Positions 42,936 through 52,982 of a DNA stretch of 64,000 nt are shown in pieces; positions within the stretch are counted from its first letter, which is position 1; the number at the start of each line of letters is the position of its first letter. A program made the position numbers and the translations under genes. The notes beneath the pieces were generated by a model. The model worked only from the letters and a program-made list of their open reading frames with translations, was not told the DNA's origin and did no database searches. The DNA comes from Hyphomonadaceae bacterium (GTDB lineage Bacteria; Pseudomonadota; Alphaproteobacteria; Caulobacterales; Hyphomonadaceae). The DNA lies in the NCBI GenBank assembly GCA_041398225.1, contig JAWKVD010000016.1, positions 11,177-75,176 on the forward strand, read 5' to 3'.

Positions 42936-43199
42936 ATGCGGAAGAGCCGAGTTACCGAAGAACAGATCATCGCGATCCTGGCCGAGCAGGAGCGCGGTGT
43001 GCCGACCGCGGACGTCTGTCGCAAGCACGGGATCAGTTCCCCGACTTTCTACAAATGGAAGGCGAAGTTCGGCGCCATGAACGTGCCGAACGCCCGCAAG
43101 CTGAAGACGCTTGAGATCGAGAACGCCCGGCTGACGGGCATGCTGGCGGATGCGATGCTGGACAATGTCGTCCTGAAAGACCTCCTGGGAAAGAGCTGA
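42936..43199 (+). CDS. IS3-family orfA (HTH transposase subunit), intact reading frame
   Basis: [66 protein letters not shown]...[12 protein letters not shown]. Confidence 0.8.
   Translation: MRKSRVTEEQIIAILAEQERGVPTADVCRKHGISSPTFYKWKAKFGAMNVPNARKLKTLEIENARLTGMLADAMLDNVVLKDLLGKS
43187..43193 (+). promoter_or_regulatory. Candidate -1 ribosomal-frameshift heptamer G_GGA_AAG just before the orfA stop
   Basis: Fits the X_XXY_YYZ pattern in the orfA zero frame (GGA 43188-43190, AAG 43191-43193). The orfB frame is open upstream of it. The same heptamer is present in the 22 kb copy and is mutated (TAGGAAGG) in the 58 kb copy. Confidence 0.3.
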
Positions 43200-43476
43200 C
43201 GACGCCCCAACGAAAGCGGGAGGCGGCGTTGAGAGCCATGGCGAAACACGAGATATCCCAGCGCCGCGCCTGCCGGTTGGCCAGCGTCGATCCCAAGACC
43301 GTGAGGCGCGAACCGGAGCCGGACAATCCGGAGATCCAGGCGCGTATGAAAGAAGTGGTGAGCGAGCGCCCGCGGTTCGGCTACCGTCGCATCGGCCTCA
43401 TCCCGCCCCTCTCGATGTCTTGTGCACTGCGAGTCAAAATCGGCTTCATCGAGTTGAGTGGTAAGCCCCTAACCTA

Positions 43477-43683
43477 TCATCTTCGATCTGGGCCACGTCG
43501 GACGAGCAGGTATCGGCCGATCACGATCGGCGGGATGGCGAGCGCGCCCCAGGAGACAGGCGACCAAACGGTGCCGCCCCACAGAGTCGCAATCAACCCG
43601 ACCAGCGTGAGCACGGCGAGGGCCATGGGCCAGGCGAAGATCGCGAGCAGCGACTTTCCACCGGAATCCGACTGGCGGTTCAT
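43477..43683 (-). CDS. Small membrane protein (68 aa, two predicted TM helices)
   Basis: Internal ATG (MNRQSDSGGKSLLAIFAWPMALAVLTLVGLIATLWGG...) overlaps the PepSY gene stop (ATGA, 43680-43683). This is the typical position of the small membrane partner in PepSY/TonB-dependent receptor clusters. Confidence 0.5.
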   Translation of the reverse strand: MNRQSDSGGKSLLAIFAWPMALAVLTLVGLIATLWGGTVWSPVSWGALAIPPIVIGRYLLVRRGPDRR

Positions 43684-44789
43684 GTCGCTCGCCCCAGCCG
43701 CCGTTTGACGAAAAGCTGCAGACCACTCCAGAGGATGGCGATCGCGATCAGGTCGAGGATGGTCCACAGTAGCTTCAGCGGCCAGCCGGCATAGTCACCG
43801 AAGTGCAGCGGCCGGGACAGTTGAAGCGCCGCAAGATACCAGGGCGGCGGATCGGCGACCACGACCTCCCCTGTTTCCGCTTCAACGAGGACCGGCCGGA
43901 ACAGCTTCTTCGTCACAGGTGTGAAACCTTGCGTCCAGACCACATAGTGGCGCGGACTGCCGTCCCTGAAACCCGGCTCGACAATGCGAATCATGCGCGA
44001 CCCCGGATTGCTTTCGTGAGCCGCGTCAGTAGCGGCTTGCGGGCCGACACGCACATCCGCCAGAGGTTGGTCGGTGTAGGGCGCGACAAGCTCCGGCACG
44101 GCCGACTGTCGCCATGCAGCGTAGAGCGGGACGGTGAAAGCGTTCATGATTCCCGTTATGGCGACGACCAGGACCCAACCGGCCGTCGCAACGCCTAGCA
44201 GGTTGTGCAGATCCAGCCATCGCACGCGGGATGAGCGATTCCGGATCTCGCCGAACTCCAGCTTACGCATGAAGGGTGCGTAGAGGACCAGCCCTGACAC
44301 CGTGGCGACGACAAACAGGACCGTCATCCCGGCGAGGAAGAACTCGCCCGCCAATCCGGCAAACATCTGGATGTGAAGACGATTGGCGATGCGGAGGAAG
44401 ACGCGTACGGGATGGTTAGGATTATCGGTGCGCGTGTCCTCAAGAAACTCGCCGGTGCGCGCATCATAAACGAGCTGACGGCGCTGGCGCGGATTGTCAG
44501 GCGGGGACATGTTGACGCCAAGCAGGACGCCGTCGAAGGCCCAGTCGACATAGGTGATGCGCTCGTCCGGTACGCGGTTTTGCGCGTCGTCGAAGACCTC
44601 ATCCAGATTGGCCGGGCCGGTTCCGACGGGGGCCTCGGGGATGGGGGGATGGCCGGCGAAGTGGGCGTCGATCTCGTGAATCCAGATCATCACCGCTCCG
44701 GTCACGCAGAGCATGAGCAGAAAGGCGGTGCAGATCACGCTGCTCCACGTGTGCACCGCCTTCCAGGCGCGGACGGTCGAGGCCTTCAT
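43680..44789 (-). CDS. PepSY-associated TM-helix protein (PiuB-like, iron-regulated membrane protein)
   Basis: Internal ATG (MKASTVRAWKAVHTWSSVICTAFLLMLCVTG...), RLHIQMFAGLAGEFFL..., C-terminal ...LHFGDYAGWPLKLLWTILDL. This is the canonical PepSY_TM pattern. Confidence 0.75.
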   Translation of the reverse strand: MKASTVRAWKAVHTWSSVICTAFLLMLCVTGAVMIWIHEIDAHFAGHPPIPEAPVGTGPANLDEVFDDAQNRVPDERITYVDWAFDGVLLGVNMSPPDNPRQRRQLVYDARTGEFLEDTRTDNPNHPVRVFLRIANRLHIQMFAGLAGEFFLAGMTVLFVVATVSGLVLYAPFMRKLEFGEIRNRSSRVRWLDLHNLLGVATAGWVLVVAITGIMNAFTVPLYAAWRQSAVPELVAPYTDQPLADVRVGPQAATDAAHESNPGSRMIRIVEPGFRDGSPRHYVVWTQGFTPVTKKLFRPVLVEAETGEVVVADPPPWYLAALQLSRPLHFGDYAGWPLKLLWTILDLIAIAILWSGLQLFVKRRLGRAT

Positions 44790-44800
44790 CCGGCGACCAC

Positions 44801-46939
44801 CTACCAGCTGCGCCGCAATGTCACCTTCGCGACGCGGCCGGCCCCATAGAAGCACTGCGTGGCGGCGTCGCAGTTCGCGACATACCGTTCATCGCCGAGG
44901 TTCTGGGCGTTCAGGGCGATGTCCCAGCCTTTCATCGCCGGGATAGCCCGGCTGAAGTCATAGCGGATCAGCGCATCGTACAGCGTGTAGGACGGGACCT
45001 TGAACGTGTTGGCGCGGTCGCCGAACGAGGAACCGACATAGCGCGCGCCCGCGCCGACCGTCAGACCGGGAACGCCCGGAACGGCATAGTCCGCCCAGAA
45101 CGACGCCTGGTGTTCAGGGCGCCCGGCGGGGGTCGTCCCGACATCGCCGGAATTGGACTGCGTGACCTCGTGTTCGAGGCTGGTGTAGCCGGCGGCGAGG
45201 TTCAAGCCGAAGCGCAGACTCGCCTTCGCCTCCAGTTCTATCCCACGCGAGCGGACCTCGCCGGTCTGCACCAGGTAGCCGGCGTTCACCGGATCCGCCG
45301 TGCGAACATTCTGCTGGACAAGTTCGAAGGCGGCGATGGTGAAGAGCGCGTTCAGACCCTTGGGCGCGAACTTGACGCCGATTTCGCCCTGCTCGCCGGT
45401 CGAGGGCACGAACGGGTTTCCACCAAAGTCCGTGCCGGCCGTCGGCTGGAACGAATTGGACCAACTCACATAGGGCGACACCCCGGCGCCCACTTCATAG
45501 ATGACGCCAATCTGCCCGGTCGTGGCTTCGTCGTCCTGAATCGTCTTCGCCCCAAGCACGTTCGTGGAGGTCAACAGCCGGCTTGTCTCCGAGCTGGCCC
45601 AATCACGCCGGAGACCGAGGAGAATCGACAGACGTTCAATCTTGATGTGGTCCTGTAGGTAGAGCCCGGTCTGCTCGAAATCCTGATAGCGGATCTGGGC
45701 GATGTCCGGCATGGCGAGCGCGGCGCCATAGACAGGATCATAGAGATCGATGGTCCCGCCGGCGCCAGTTCCGACGCCCTGCGACGTGGGAATAGTCACA
45801 TAGTCGAGCCCAAGAAGGAAATTGTGCTCCAAGCCGGCGGTGTTGGCCCGGTAGGTCAGCTGGGTGTCGGTTTGCGTCAGTTCGATGGCGTAGTTGGAGT
45901 TCACGGCCAGCCGGGAGGCGGTGCGCTGGTCGGCGCCGACGCCCGTCGCCTGAAGGTATTTCGCCGTGATGTCGAGATCAGTGTAACGCACCGCCTGTCT
46001 CAGGGCGAAGCGGTCGCTGAAACGGTGATCAAATATCACGGCGATCTGACCGCGCTCGATCGACAGATCGTCGAAGTCGGGTTCTCCGGTGAACGTATCC
46101 TGCGGGATGTAACCGCCCGGACCGTGTTCGAGCGTCCCCACCCGGGGAAGATACTGGAAGACGGTCAGGTTCGGATCCGACTGCCATGATGCCAGAACCG
46201 TGAGTTCGGTGTTTTCGTCTAGCGACCACCCCAACGCCGGGGCGAAGTAGTAACGGTCATCCTTCTGGAACCTCACGTTTGTCTCCGCCGTACGCGCGAG
46301 ACCCGTCAGCCGGTATTTCAGGGCGCCGTCCTGGGACAACGGCCCGGCCAGGTCGAAGGCGCCCTGAAGGCGGTCGTTGTCGCCGGCCTGCAAGGCGATT
46401 TCGCCCATCCGTTCGTCGGTCGGGCGTTTGCTCGACAGCGCAATCACCCCGCCTGGGCTGGCCTGGCCGTAGAGCGCCGAACCCGGCCCCTTGAACAGCT
46501 CCGCCCGCTCAAGGCCATAGGGCTCGATCCCCCAATTACTGTCGTGCAGCTTCATTCCATCCAGATACTGGTAGGACAGGAAGCCGCGCACATTGGAGTA
46601 GCTGCGCGACAGCGAGTTTGCACCATAGCTGTCGCCGCTGAACGAGGGCGTGTACTGGAAGATCTGCGTGAGCGTGTCTGCACCGCGGTTGCGGATCTCA
46701 TCTTCCGTTACGACGGAAACCGTGCGCGGAAGCTCCTTCAGCGGGATGTTCGCCTTGGACGCCGATTGTGCGCCAGCCGCGAGGAAGCCGCGCTCGCCGA
46801 CGACCACAACTGTATCCAGAGATGTGACAGCGTCATCTTGGTCGCCGACGCCCGCCTCCTGGGCCATAGCGATCTCGTTGGACAATGCGACAATGCTCGC
46901 GCTGGCGACCAGCGCGCGGCCGATAGTATGGACTTTCAT
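44801..46939 (-). CDS. TonB-dependent (siderophore-type) outer-membrane receptor
   Basis: Signal peptide, plug region (LDTVVVVGER...IPLKELPRTVSVVT...IRNRGA), beta-barrel, and a C-terminal ...VTLRRSW aromatic terminus. Confidence 0.9.
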   Translation of the reverse strand: MKVHTIGRALVASASIVALSNEIAMAQEAGVGDQDDAVTSLDTVVVVGERGFLAAGAQSASKANIPLKELPRTVSVVTEDEIRNRGADTLTQIFQYTPSFSGDSYGANSLSRSYSNVRGFLSYQYLDGMKLHDSNWGIEPYGLERAELFKGPGSALYGQASPGGVIALSSKRPTDERMGEIALQAGDNDRLQGAFDLAGPLSQDGALKYRLTGLARTAETNVRFQKDDRYYFAPALGWSLDENTELTVLASWQSDPNLTVFQYLPRVGTLEHGPGGYIPQDTFTGEPDFDDLSIERGQIAVIFDHRFSDRFALRQAVRYTDLDITAKYLQATGVGADQRTASRLAVNSNYAIELTQTDTQLTYRANTAGLEHNFLLGLDYVTIPTSQGVGTGAGGTIDLYDPVYGAALAMPDIAQIRYQDFEQTGLYLQDHIKIERLSILLGLRRDWASSETSRLLTSTNVLGAKTIQDDEATTGQIGVIYEVGAGVSPYVSWSNSFQPTAGTDFGGNPFVPSTGEQGEIGVKFAPKGLNALFTIAAFELVQQNVRTADPVNAGYLVQTGEVRSRGIELEAKASLRFGLNLAAGYTSLEHEVTQSNSGDVGTTPAGRPEHQASFWADYAVPGVPGLTVGAGARYVGSSFGDRANTFKVPSYTLYDALIRYDFSRAIPAMKGWDIALNAQNLGDERYVANCDAATQCFYGAGRVAKVTLRRSW

Positions 46940-47246
46940 GACGTTCCCCGAATCCGAGGGCCCTCCCGCCCCCGCGGCCCCGCTCTAAAACCAGCCCGCT
47001 ATTGATCGTGGCATCGGAGTCGGATCAAGAAAATTACGGTTACCTCGCCCGTTACCGAGGCGATGTAACAGGGCTCCAACGGCTATTGCCAGCACCTGAA
47101 ATGGCATTGTCAGGTTAGGCAAGTAGAGGCTGCTTTTCTGTCCGCGCAGCCGGTTCGCGAGAACAAAATCCAGAAAGAAATCAGCTACCGCATTCTGGAG
47201 AAGAAATGCTCTCGACCGGCATTCGCGCTTAACTTGACAGCACCTG

Positions 47247-47715
47247 CGCATCGGCGCCGGCCGACCACGCGGACCAAGCCGTGCACTCCAAAACGCCCAG
47301 CTGCTTCACCACGTGGTCGACACATGCCCGGCGACACGAAGAGCTTAGCAGTTCCCCACGCGGCTTCTCCAAGGATCATCTAGTCGATGGTCAGATCGGA
47401 CACCGCTTTCCGGAGCCGCTGGTTCTCACGCTCCAGATCTTTGGGGCGCTTGGCTTAATCCATATTCAGTCCGCCATATTCGCGACGCCAGCTGCAGCAG
47501 GTCTGTTCCGTGATCCCCGCAGCGCGGACAGCATGGCCCGTCGTCTCGCCCTTGCTTAGAGTGACCTCGATCTCTCGAAAGTGTGCGTTCGCGCCGCGCT
47601 CGAACCGACGGCGCGCATGCGCTCACCCTCCTCGGGTTCCTGCGACCCATGTCTCAACTCCTCATGTGGAGCTGGACTAACTCAAGCTTCGGGCCACCTC
47701 CAGAGGATCAGACCA
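47247..47715 (-). mobile_element. Decayed 5' portion of the second IS3-family element type (IR, orfA with stop/frameshifts, start of orfB)
   Basis: IR TGGTCTGATCCTCTGGAGGTGGCCCGAAGC... at 47715<-. orfA is readable only across frames: ...SKGETTGHAVRAAGITEQTCCSWRREYGGLNMD*AKRPKDLERENQRLRKAVSDLTID. Further on comes VDHVVKQLGV.... It ends near 47247 next to an IS6-like IR motif (GGTGCTGTCAAG, 47235-47246). Confidence 0.6.
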
Positions 47716-47746
47716 AACCCATGAAGATCTCACGGTGCGACGCTGA

Positions 47747-48952
47747 TTAAAGAGTTGCTGGGGCGTCATCACCGCTCAGCAATCCCGTGAATATAGCACG
47801 CACATAATGTTGCTCTGCGGTACGAGGCGTCAGGCCAGGCGCCCAGTAAGGTAGTTCCGCAGCGGCGTTGATTGTGCCCGACAGAATTTGGGCGGCGGTT
47901 GGCGCATCCAGCGGTCTGATCGATCCATCTCCAATCCCGTCGCAGACCACGCTTGCATAACGCGCAGTGATACGATCGAAGCCAGCCATCAGGCGTGGTC
48001 GCATTTCCTCAGGCGCCGCCGCAAGCGCCGATGTGCGCAACAGGGGCCGTTTGCCGGAGACTTGGCCCCCGACCATCGCATTCGCTTGCGCTGCCAGGTT
48101 CATGAATGCGTCGGGAGCCGCCATGTCGGCCTTCTGCTGGGCTTCCCTCAGGATAGCCCATGTCCGCTCGAAGCACTGCTCGACCAGCTCGTTCTTGGTT
48201 TCGTTGTGATGGTAGAAAGCGCCCTTCGTGACATTAAGCCTCGCTGCGATCTTCTCCACCGATGCTCCAAGATATCCATTCTCGTTGATCAACTCCGTGC
48301 CGGCGGTCAGAAAGTCGCGTTCCACTTCGTCATCTGATCCGATCATCAGAGTCGGAGGTGGCCATCGCGCGTTCGGTCCAGCCATACCGTTCAAAAGAAT
48401 GTCGGCCGTTCTTTCCCCCATCCGGGCATAGTCCTCCGGATTGTAACGCGGCAGCCAAAGCACAGCCCAGAACATCTGCGACAGAAGCAAGTGCGCGCGC
48501 GCATTGCACTCGACCCGTTGGAATGACGGCGCTCCTTCCATGGAAAAAATGCTTCTGACCTTCCGAAACATGTCCGTGAAGGTCCGCCCGGCGCTGGGAT
48601 CGTTCAACGTGCGCAGTTCTTCAAACCATGCAACAGGTTCGATCTCCTCAACCACCACTTGTCTTTGGCTCTCGAAGAACAATTGCACGAATGCGCGCAC
48701 AGTCTCGGCAGGGTCAACCTGCTTCAGTGCTTCGCTAATATGCGTGTCCAGACGTTCGATAGATCTCGCATAGCAAGCCGCAGCCAGATCTTCCTTCCTA
48801 CGAAAGTAGTAACCAACCGCTCGCGGCACGAGGTCAAGCTCGGCTGCGACGAGCGCATGCGTCATGCCACGAACCCCCTTGTGGTTCATAAGGTCAGTCG
48901 CCACCCGAATGATAGCGTCCCGGCGGAGGTTGTATTTTGAGACTGTCGCCAT
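47747..48952 (-). CDS. TetR-family regulator with two tandem TetR units (401 aa)
   Basis: Two separate HTH-like segments: RDAIIRVATDLMNHKGVRGMTHALVAAELDLVPRAVGYYFRRKEDL and ERDFLTAGTELINENGYLGASVEKIAARLNVTKGAFYHHNETKNEL. Confidence 0.8.
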   Translation of the reverse strand: MATVSKYNLRRDAIIRVATDLMNHKGVRGMTHALVAAELDLVPRAVGYYFRRKEDLAAACYARSIERLDTHISEALKQVDPAETVRAFVQLFFESQRQVVVEEIEPVAWFEELRTLNDPSAGRTFTDMFRKVRSIFSMEGAPSFQRVECNARAHLLLSQMFWAVLWLPRYNPEDYARMGERTADILLNGMAGPNARWPPPTLMIGSDDEVERDFLTAGTELINENGYLGASVEKIAARLNVTKGAFYHHNETKNELVEQCFERTWAILREAQQKADMAAPDAFMNLAAQANAMVGGQVSGKRPLLRTSALAAAPEEMRPRLMAGFDRITARYASVVCDGIGDGSIRPLDAPTAAQILSGTINAAAELPYWAPGLTPRTAEQHYVRAIFTGLLSGDDAPATL

Positions 48953-48990
48953 AGCTCTTGCTCGACTCGTCCCTGGCGCACGAGATCGCG

Positions 48991-50994
48991 TCAGGTTCGG
49001 CCTCCCGCAAGAACGTGCTGCAAGTCGGCATACCAGCTGAGCACTTCAGGGTTGACCATCGCCTCCCGATTGATCGTCTTCTCGATTGATCGCCCCTGCA
49101 ACATACGCTTGATCGGAACTTCCTGCTTCTTGCCGGACAGCGTTCGCGGGACGCCAGGCGCCTGAACCACCTTGTCGGGAATAAAGCGTGGCGACAGGGC
49201 AGCCCGGATGGCGCCGTCAATCTCCGCCCGAAGCGCGGCATCAAGCGTCGCGCTGGAAGCCAGCACGACGAAGAGGATCAGCTTGCTCTCCCCGCCAGCC
49301 TCATCCAGCTCGATCATCATGGAGTCGAGAATCTGAGGAAGCCGCTCGACAGCAGCATAGATCTCGCTTGTGCCCATGCGCACGCCATTGCGATTTATCG
49401 TGGCGTCGCTGCGGCCCGATATCTCGCAGCTTCCATCTGCATGAACCAGCAGCCAGTCGCCGTGGCGCCAGACGCCTGGGTAAAGATCGAAATAGGAGGA
49501 GAGGTATCGCTCACCGCCGGGATCATGCCAGAAGTAGATCGGCATGGACGGAAGTGGACGCACGCAGACGAGCTCGCCCACTTGCCCGATCCGGGGATTT
49601 CCATCCTCGCCCCATGACTCGGTTGCCGTTCCGAGCATGCGGCACTGCATGCGCCCGACCTGTTGCGGCAGTTCCCGATTGCCGCCGGCAAAGGCCGCCG
49701 CGATATCTGTGCCGCCGGAGATGTTGTACCACCAAATATCCGGCACGCCTGCAGCCCGGAACTGTTGCGTCCCCCAGATTTGGACATCAGGCGGCAGCGG
49801 AGACCCCGTCGTGCCGATTGCGCGAATACGCGAAAGATCGCCGCAGGAAACGAGTTCCAGATCCGCTTTCATACAATTGCCGTAGAACGCGGCGCCCGCG
49901 CCAAAATAGGTCACACGATGTTTTGCGGCGAAGCGCCACAGTACGCCCCAGTCTGGGTTGTCGCGCGCACCCGTTGGACTGCCGTCAAAAATACAGATCG
50001 TCGCGCCAGCGAGCAATCCACTCACTTGTGAGTTCCACATCACCCAACCGGTGGAAGAATACCAGTGAAAGCGCTCGCCGACAGTGTTGAGTTCGAAGCT
50101 CGGCCCCACATCGCTGTGCAGGCCATTGGCTGCAGCGTTCAGCAGTACGCCGCCATGGCCGTGAACAATTGGCTTGGGCAGCCCGGTCGTGCCGCTGGAA
50201 TAGAGAATCCAGAGCGGATGGTCGAACGGCAACCACTCCGGCTCAAAGGCGTCGATCTTGGGACCAGACATCGAGACCGCATCGGCAAATGAAATCTCGG
50301 CTTCGAGTTTCTGCGATGCATACGGCGTCCGTACAAGTACGAGACTCTCAACGCTGGGCAGCGCATCGCGCAAGCCCGCCACCGTTGTGCTGCGATCCAT
50401 CTCACGCCCGGCGTAGAAAACGCCATCGGCGGCGATCAGCACCTTAGGCTCGATCTGACGAAAGCGGTCGACAATAGCCGGCCCCCCCATGTCGGGCGCA
50501 CAGATGCTCCAGATCGCACCGAGAGAGACTGTGGCGAGGAAGGCGACGATCGCCTCTGGCGTATTCGGTAAGTAAGCCGATACGCGATCGCCCCGCTTCA
50601 CTCCCAACCTGCGGAGGGTCAACGCCAGCGAAGCAACCTGCTGCGACAGCTCGGGCCATGACACCTCGCGCATTTGGCCGAGTTCATTTTCAGCAATAAT
50701 TGCGGGATGACCTGCAGCGTGCGCTCGAACGCCGTGACGTAAGGCCTGCCGCGCGTAGTTCACCTGCGCGCCCGGGAACCACACAGCGCCTGGCATTACC
50801 TCCTTCGCCAGGACCTTCGTGAAGGGAGTTGGCGAGGACATCTCGTTGTAGTCCCAGATCGAGCGCCAGAACGCCTCAAGATCAGTTACCGACCAGCGCC
50901 ACAGTTCCTCGTAGCTATCGAAGGAAAGCCCTCGCGTCTCTGCCAACCAGTTCTGGTAGAGACGAATCTGCGGGATGCTTGTATCAGCCGGCAT
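48991..50994 (-). CDS. Acetoacetyl-CoA synthetase (acetoacetate--CoA ligase)
   Basis: 667 aa. The N-terminus ...YQNWLAETRGLSFDSYEELWRWSVTDLEAFWRSIWDY... and YSSGTTGLPKPIVHGHGG are characteristic of the AACS subgroup of AMP-forming ligases. Confidence 0.8.
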   Translation of the reverse strand: MPADTSIPQIRLYQNWLAETRGLSFDSYEELWRWSVTDLEAFWRSIWDYNEMSSPTPFTKVLAKEVMPGAVWFPGAQVNYARQALRHGVRAHAAGHPAIIAENELGQMREVSWPELSQQVASLALTLRRLGVKRGDRVSAYLPNTPEAIVAFLATVSLGAIWSICAPDMGGPAIVDRFRQIEPKVLIAADGVFYAGREMDRSTTVAGLRDALPSVESLVLVRTPYASQKLEAEISFADAVSMSGPKIDAFEPEWLPFDHPLWILYSSGTTGLPKPIVHGHGGVLLNAAANGLHSDVGPSFELNTVGERFHWYSSTGWVMWNSQVSGLLAGATICIFDGSPTGARDNPDWGVLWRFAAKHRVTYFGAGAAFYGNCMKADLELVSCGDLSRIRAIGTTGSPLPPDVQIWGTQQFRAAGVPDIWWYNISGGTDIAAAFAGGNRELPQQVGRMQCRMLGTATESWGEDGNPRIGQVGELVCVRPLPSMPIYFWHDPGGERYLSSYFDLYPGVWRHGDWLLVHADGSCEISGRSDATINRNGVRMGTSEIYAAVERLPQILDSMMIELDEAGGESKLILFVVLASSATLDAALRAEIDGAIRAALSPRFIPDKVVQAPGVPRTLSGKKQEVPIKRMLQGRSIEKTINREAMVNPEVLSWYADLQHVLAGGRT

Positions 50995-50997
50995 CGC

Positions 50998-51801
50998 CTA
51001 CTCGTAATTCACGCGTCCGCCAGCCGTCATGCCACCGTCAACCACCAAGTCGTGGCAATTGATATAGCGACCTTCGTCACTGGCCAGGAACAGCGCAGCA
51101 AACGCGATATCTTTCGGCAAGCCGGAGCGGCGCAACGGCGTCGCCTTGGAAAGATTGTCCGTGAGTTTGGCCAACTTGGCGCCGGCCTTGCCTACCTCCA
51201 TGGCAGCTGCCTTCTCCGACCCGCCAAAGAAAATCGGCGTGGCGATCGCTCCCGGCGAAATGCAGTTCACGCTGATGCCGGACTTGCCCAGTTCCATGCC
51301 GGCGAGGCGCGTGGCATGCACAACGCCCGCCTTCATAATCGAGTACAAGTACTCGCCCATATGGGTGCGATTGGACGACACGCTGGCGTTGTTGATTATC
51401 GCCCCTGTCCCCTGCGCTTTCATGACCGGCGCAGCGTACTTGATGCCGAATATCACCGACCCGAGCAGCAGATCAGTGGCGTGTCGAAAATTTTCATGTG
51501 TAACCGTCTCAACGTCGCCGTGCGTTGGTCCGCCCGCGTTGCTAAAGAGGACATCCATCCTCCCGAATGTCCTTACGGTTTCATCGACGGACCCCTTGAT
51601 CTGTTGTTCGTCGCTTACGTCCGACTGAAAGTAGTGCGCATTGACCCCGAGAGCGCGCGCCATTTCGGCGCCCTTCCCGGCATTGCGCCCGGTGAAGACG
51701 ACTTTTGCACCTTCCTCGACGAACAACTCGACAGTCGCCTCACCGATACCGCTCGTACCGCCCGTGATCAGTGCGACCTTCCCAGCCAGCCGTTCGCCCA
51801 A
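50998..51801 (-). CDS. Short-chain dehydrogenase/reductase (SDR)
   Basis: LITGGTSGIGEAT (TGxxxGxG), NNAS, and YSIMKAG (YxxxK). Confidence 0.85.
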   Translation of the reverse strand: MGERLAGKVALITGGTSGIGEATVELFVEEGAKVVFTGRNAGKGAEMARALGVNAHYFQSDVSDEQQIKGSVDETVRTFGRMDVLFSNAGGPTHGDVETVTHENFRHATDLLLGSVIFGIKYAAPVMKAQGTGAIINNASVSSNRTHMGEYLYSIMKAGVVHATRLAGMELGKSGISVNCISPGAIATPIFFGGSEKAAAMEVGKAGAKLAKLTDNLSKATPLRRSGLPKDIAFAALFLASDEGRYINCHDLVVDGGMTAGGRVNYE

Positions 51802-51891
51802 TTCATCCCTCCATCAGAAAGATCGTCTCCAGCTTGTTGCCGGAGCCAGTTTCGTAACCGCTCTGGGAGGCGAGCGACCTCCGGGAAGCGG

Positions 51892-52962
51892 CTAGTAGTG
51901 ATCCGTAAACGGCCCGAGCTTGCAGGAATAGCCCTCCGGGGGCGGCGTTAGCTCGAATTGCTTCGGGTCAGAACCTTTTGGGTGGGACGCCATCGTTTTC
52001 AGAGCCCAAGCGTTGAACGCCTGGGTATTGATTTGCGGCCACATATGCCCATGCGTTGACGAGCACGCGACATGAACGACATTCGGCATCGAGGAAAAGT
52101 AGTTGGAGCTCGCCTGTGTTGTGGGGCGATAGTCCGAGCAAAGCCCCAGCGGCGGGCCACAATCCCACATGTCCTTTTCTCCACCCCACACAGTTATGAC
52201 GACAAGGGAACCGAGCGACGCGTGCAACGGATATGGGCCGACGCGCCCCTGAAAGACCTTGGTCGGATTTTCGGCCACGGCAGCACGCGCGTCATTGAAC
52301 GACAACGCCGAGCCATCGTCGTTCGACACATACCATTCGCCGGAAATCGGCATGCCGCCCGCCCAGAAGTCCGAATTGAACGTCAGCGCGCGATTGGTTG
52401 CAGTGCCTCCCGCCGAGATGCCTCCGATAAATAGTCTCTTTGCATCAAGCGGGAACTTCGTACCGACACAGCGCACCATGGCCTCAAAGAACCGCGAGTC
52501 AGGACCAGCGTCGTTCTTCCACTTTTCGCCTTCGGCGTTGGCGGCACGGCCATCGTTCCAGGGTTTCCAGTTCCATCCGTTCGAACCGACGCCATCGCAT
52601 TCCTTGAAACCAATGTTGGGGTCCTGGTTAGCGCACTGCCGCACCGGACCAATCACCGTTACCCCCTCATTCGCCATCAGCGCATTTGCGCCAGAACGCG
52701 GGATGTTGAGGTTCATGTTCGCCGACTCGACTGTCCCCGACAGCGGCACCCATGCCGGAGACGCGCTGGTCGTATTCTTTGCCGGGATAACGACAAAGGC
52801 GCGCATCAAGCCGTCGCTCGGAAAATCGGTATTGAGGCCTTCCTTGACATCATAGCCGGGCGGGCAATGCCAGAAGTCTTCGGCCGCCTGCTCCAGCGGT
52901 TGCGGTGAGGCGCATGCAGCAGCCAATAACGCCACAGCGAATCCTAGCAGGGGTTTGCGCAT
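51892..52962 (-). CDS. Exported lipoprotein esterase of the PHB-depolymerase/esterase fold; candidate oxidised-polyvinyl-alcohol-hydrolase-like enzyme
   Basis: MRKPLLGFAVALLAAACASP (lipobox), LFIGGISAGGTAT (GxSxG elbow), and many Cys residues. Located immediately downstream of the PVA-dehydrogenase-type quinohaemoprotein. Confidence 0.55.
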   Translation of the reverse strand: MRKPLLGFAVALLAAACASPQPLEQAAEDFWHCPPGYDVKEGLNTDFPSDGLMRAFVVIPAKNTTSASPAWVPLSGTVESANMNLNIPRSGANALMANEGVTVIGPVRQCANQDPNIGFKECDGVGSNGWNWKPWNDGRAANAEGEKWKNDAGPDSRFFEAMVRCVGTKFPLDAKRLFIGGISAGGTATNRALTFNSDFWAGGMPISGEWYVSNDDGSALSFNDARAAVAENPTKVFQGRVGPYPLHASLGSLVVITVWGGEKDMWDCGPPLGLCSDYRPTTQASSNYFSSMPNVVHVACSSTHGHMWPQINTQAFNAWALKTMASHPKGSDPKQFELTPPPEGYSCKLGPFTDHY

Positions 52963-52982
52963 CTGTTTCTCCCTTTCCGCGT

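Larger units (their letters stand above)
42877..43397 (+). mobile_element. 3'-truncated IS3-family (IS407-like) element: IRL, intact orfA, first ~55 codons of orfB
   Basis: IRL TGGTCTGAGCCTCGCATGGTCCCTCGTTTGAATGGAGAGTCC... matches the 22338<- end of the other copy. The orfB sequence ...[11 protein letters not shown] stops matching the other copy at about 43397. Confidence 0.75.

Noticed and set aside
46940-47246. Fur, Irr or RirA box upstream of the siderophore-type receptor, and a possible solo IS6 inverted repeat (GGTGCTGTCAAG, 47235-47246).
   Set aside because: I could not align any convincing iron-box palindrome by eye. The IR-like motif is followed by sequence with no IS6 transposase homology, so it is mentioned only as the likely truncation point of the adjacent IS3 remnant.
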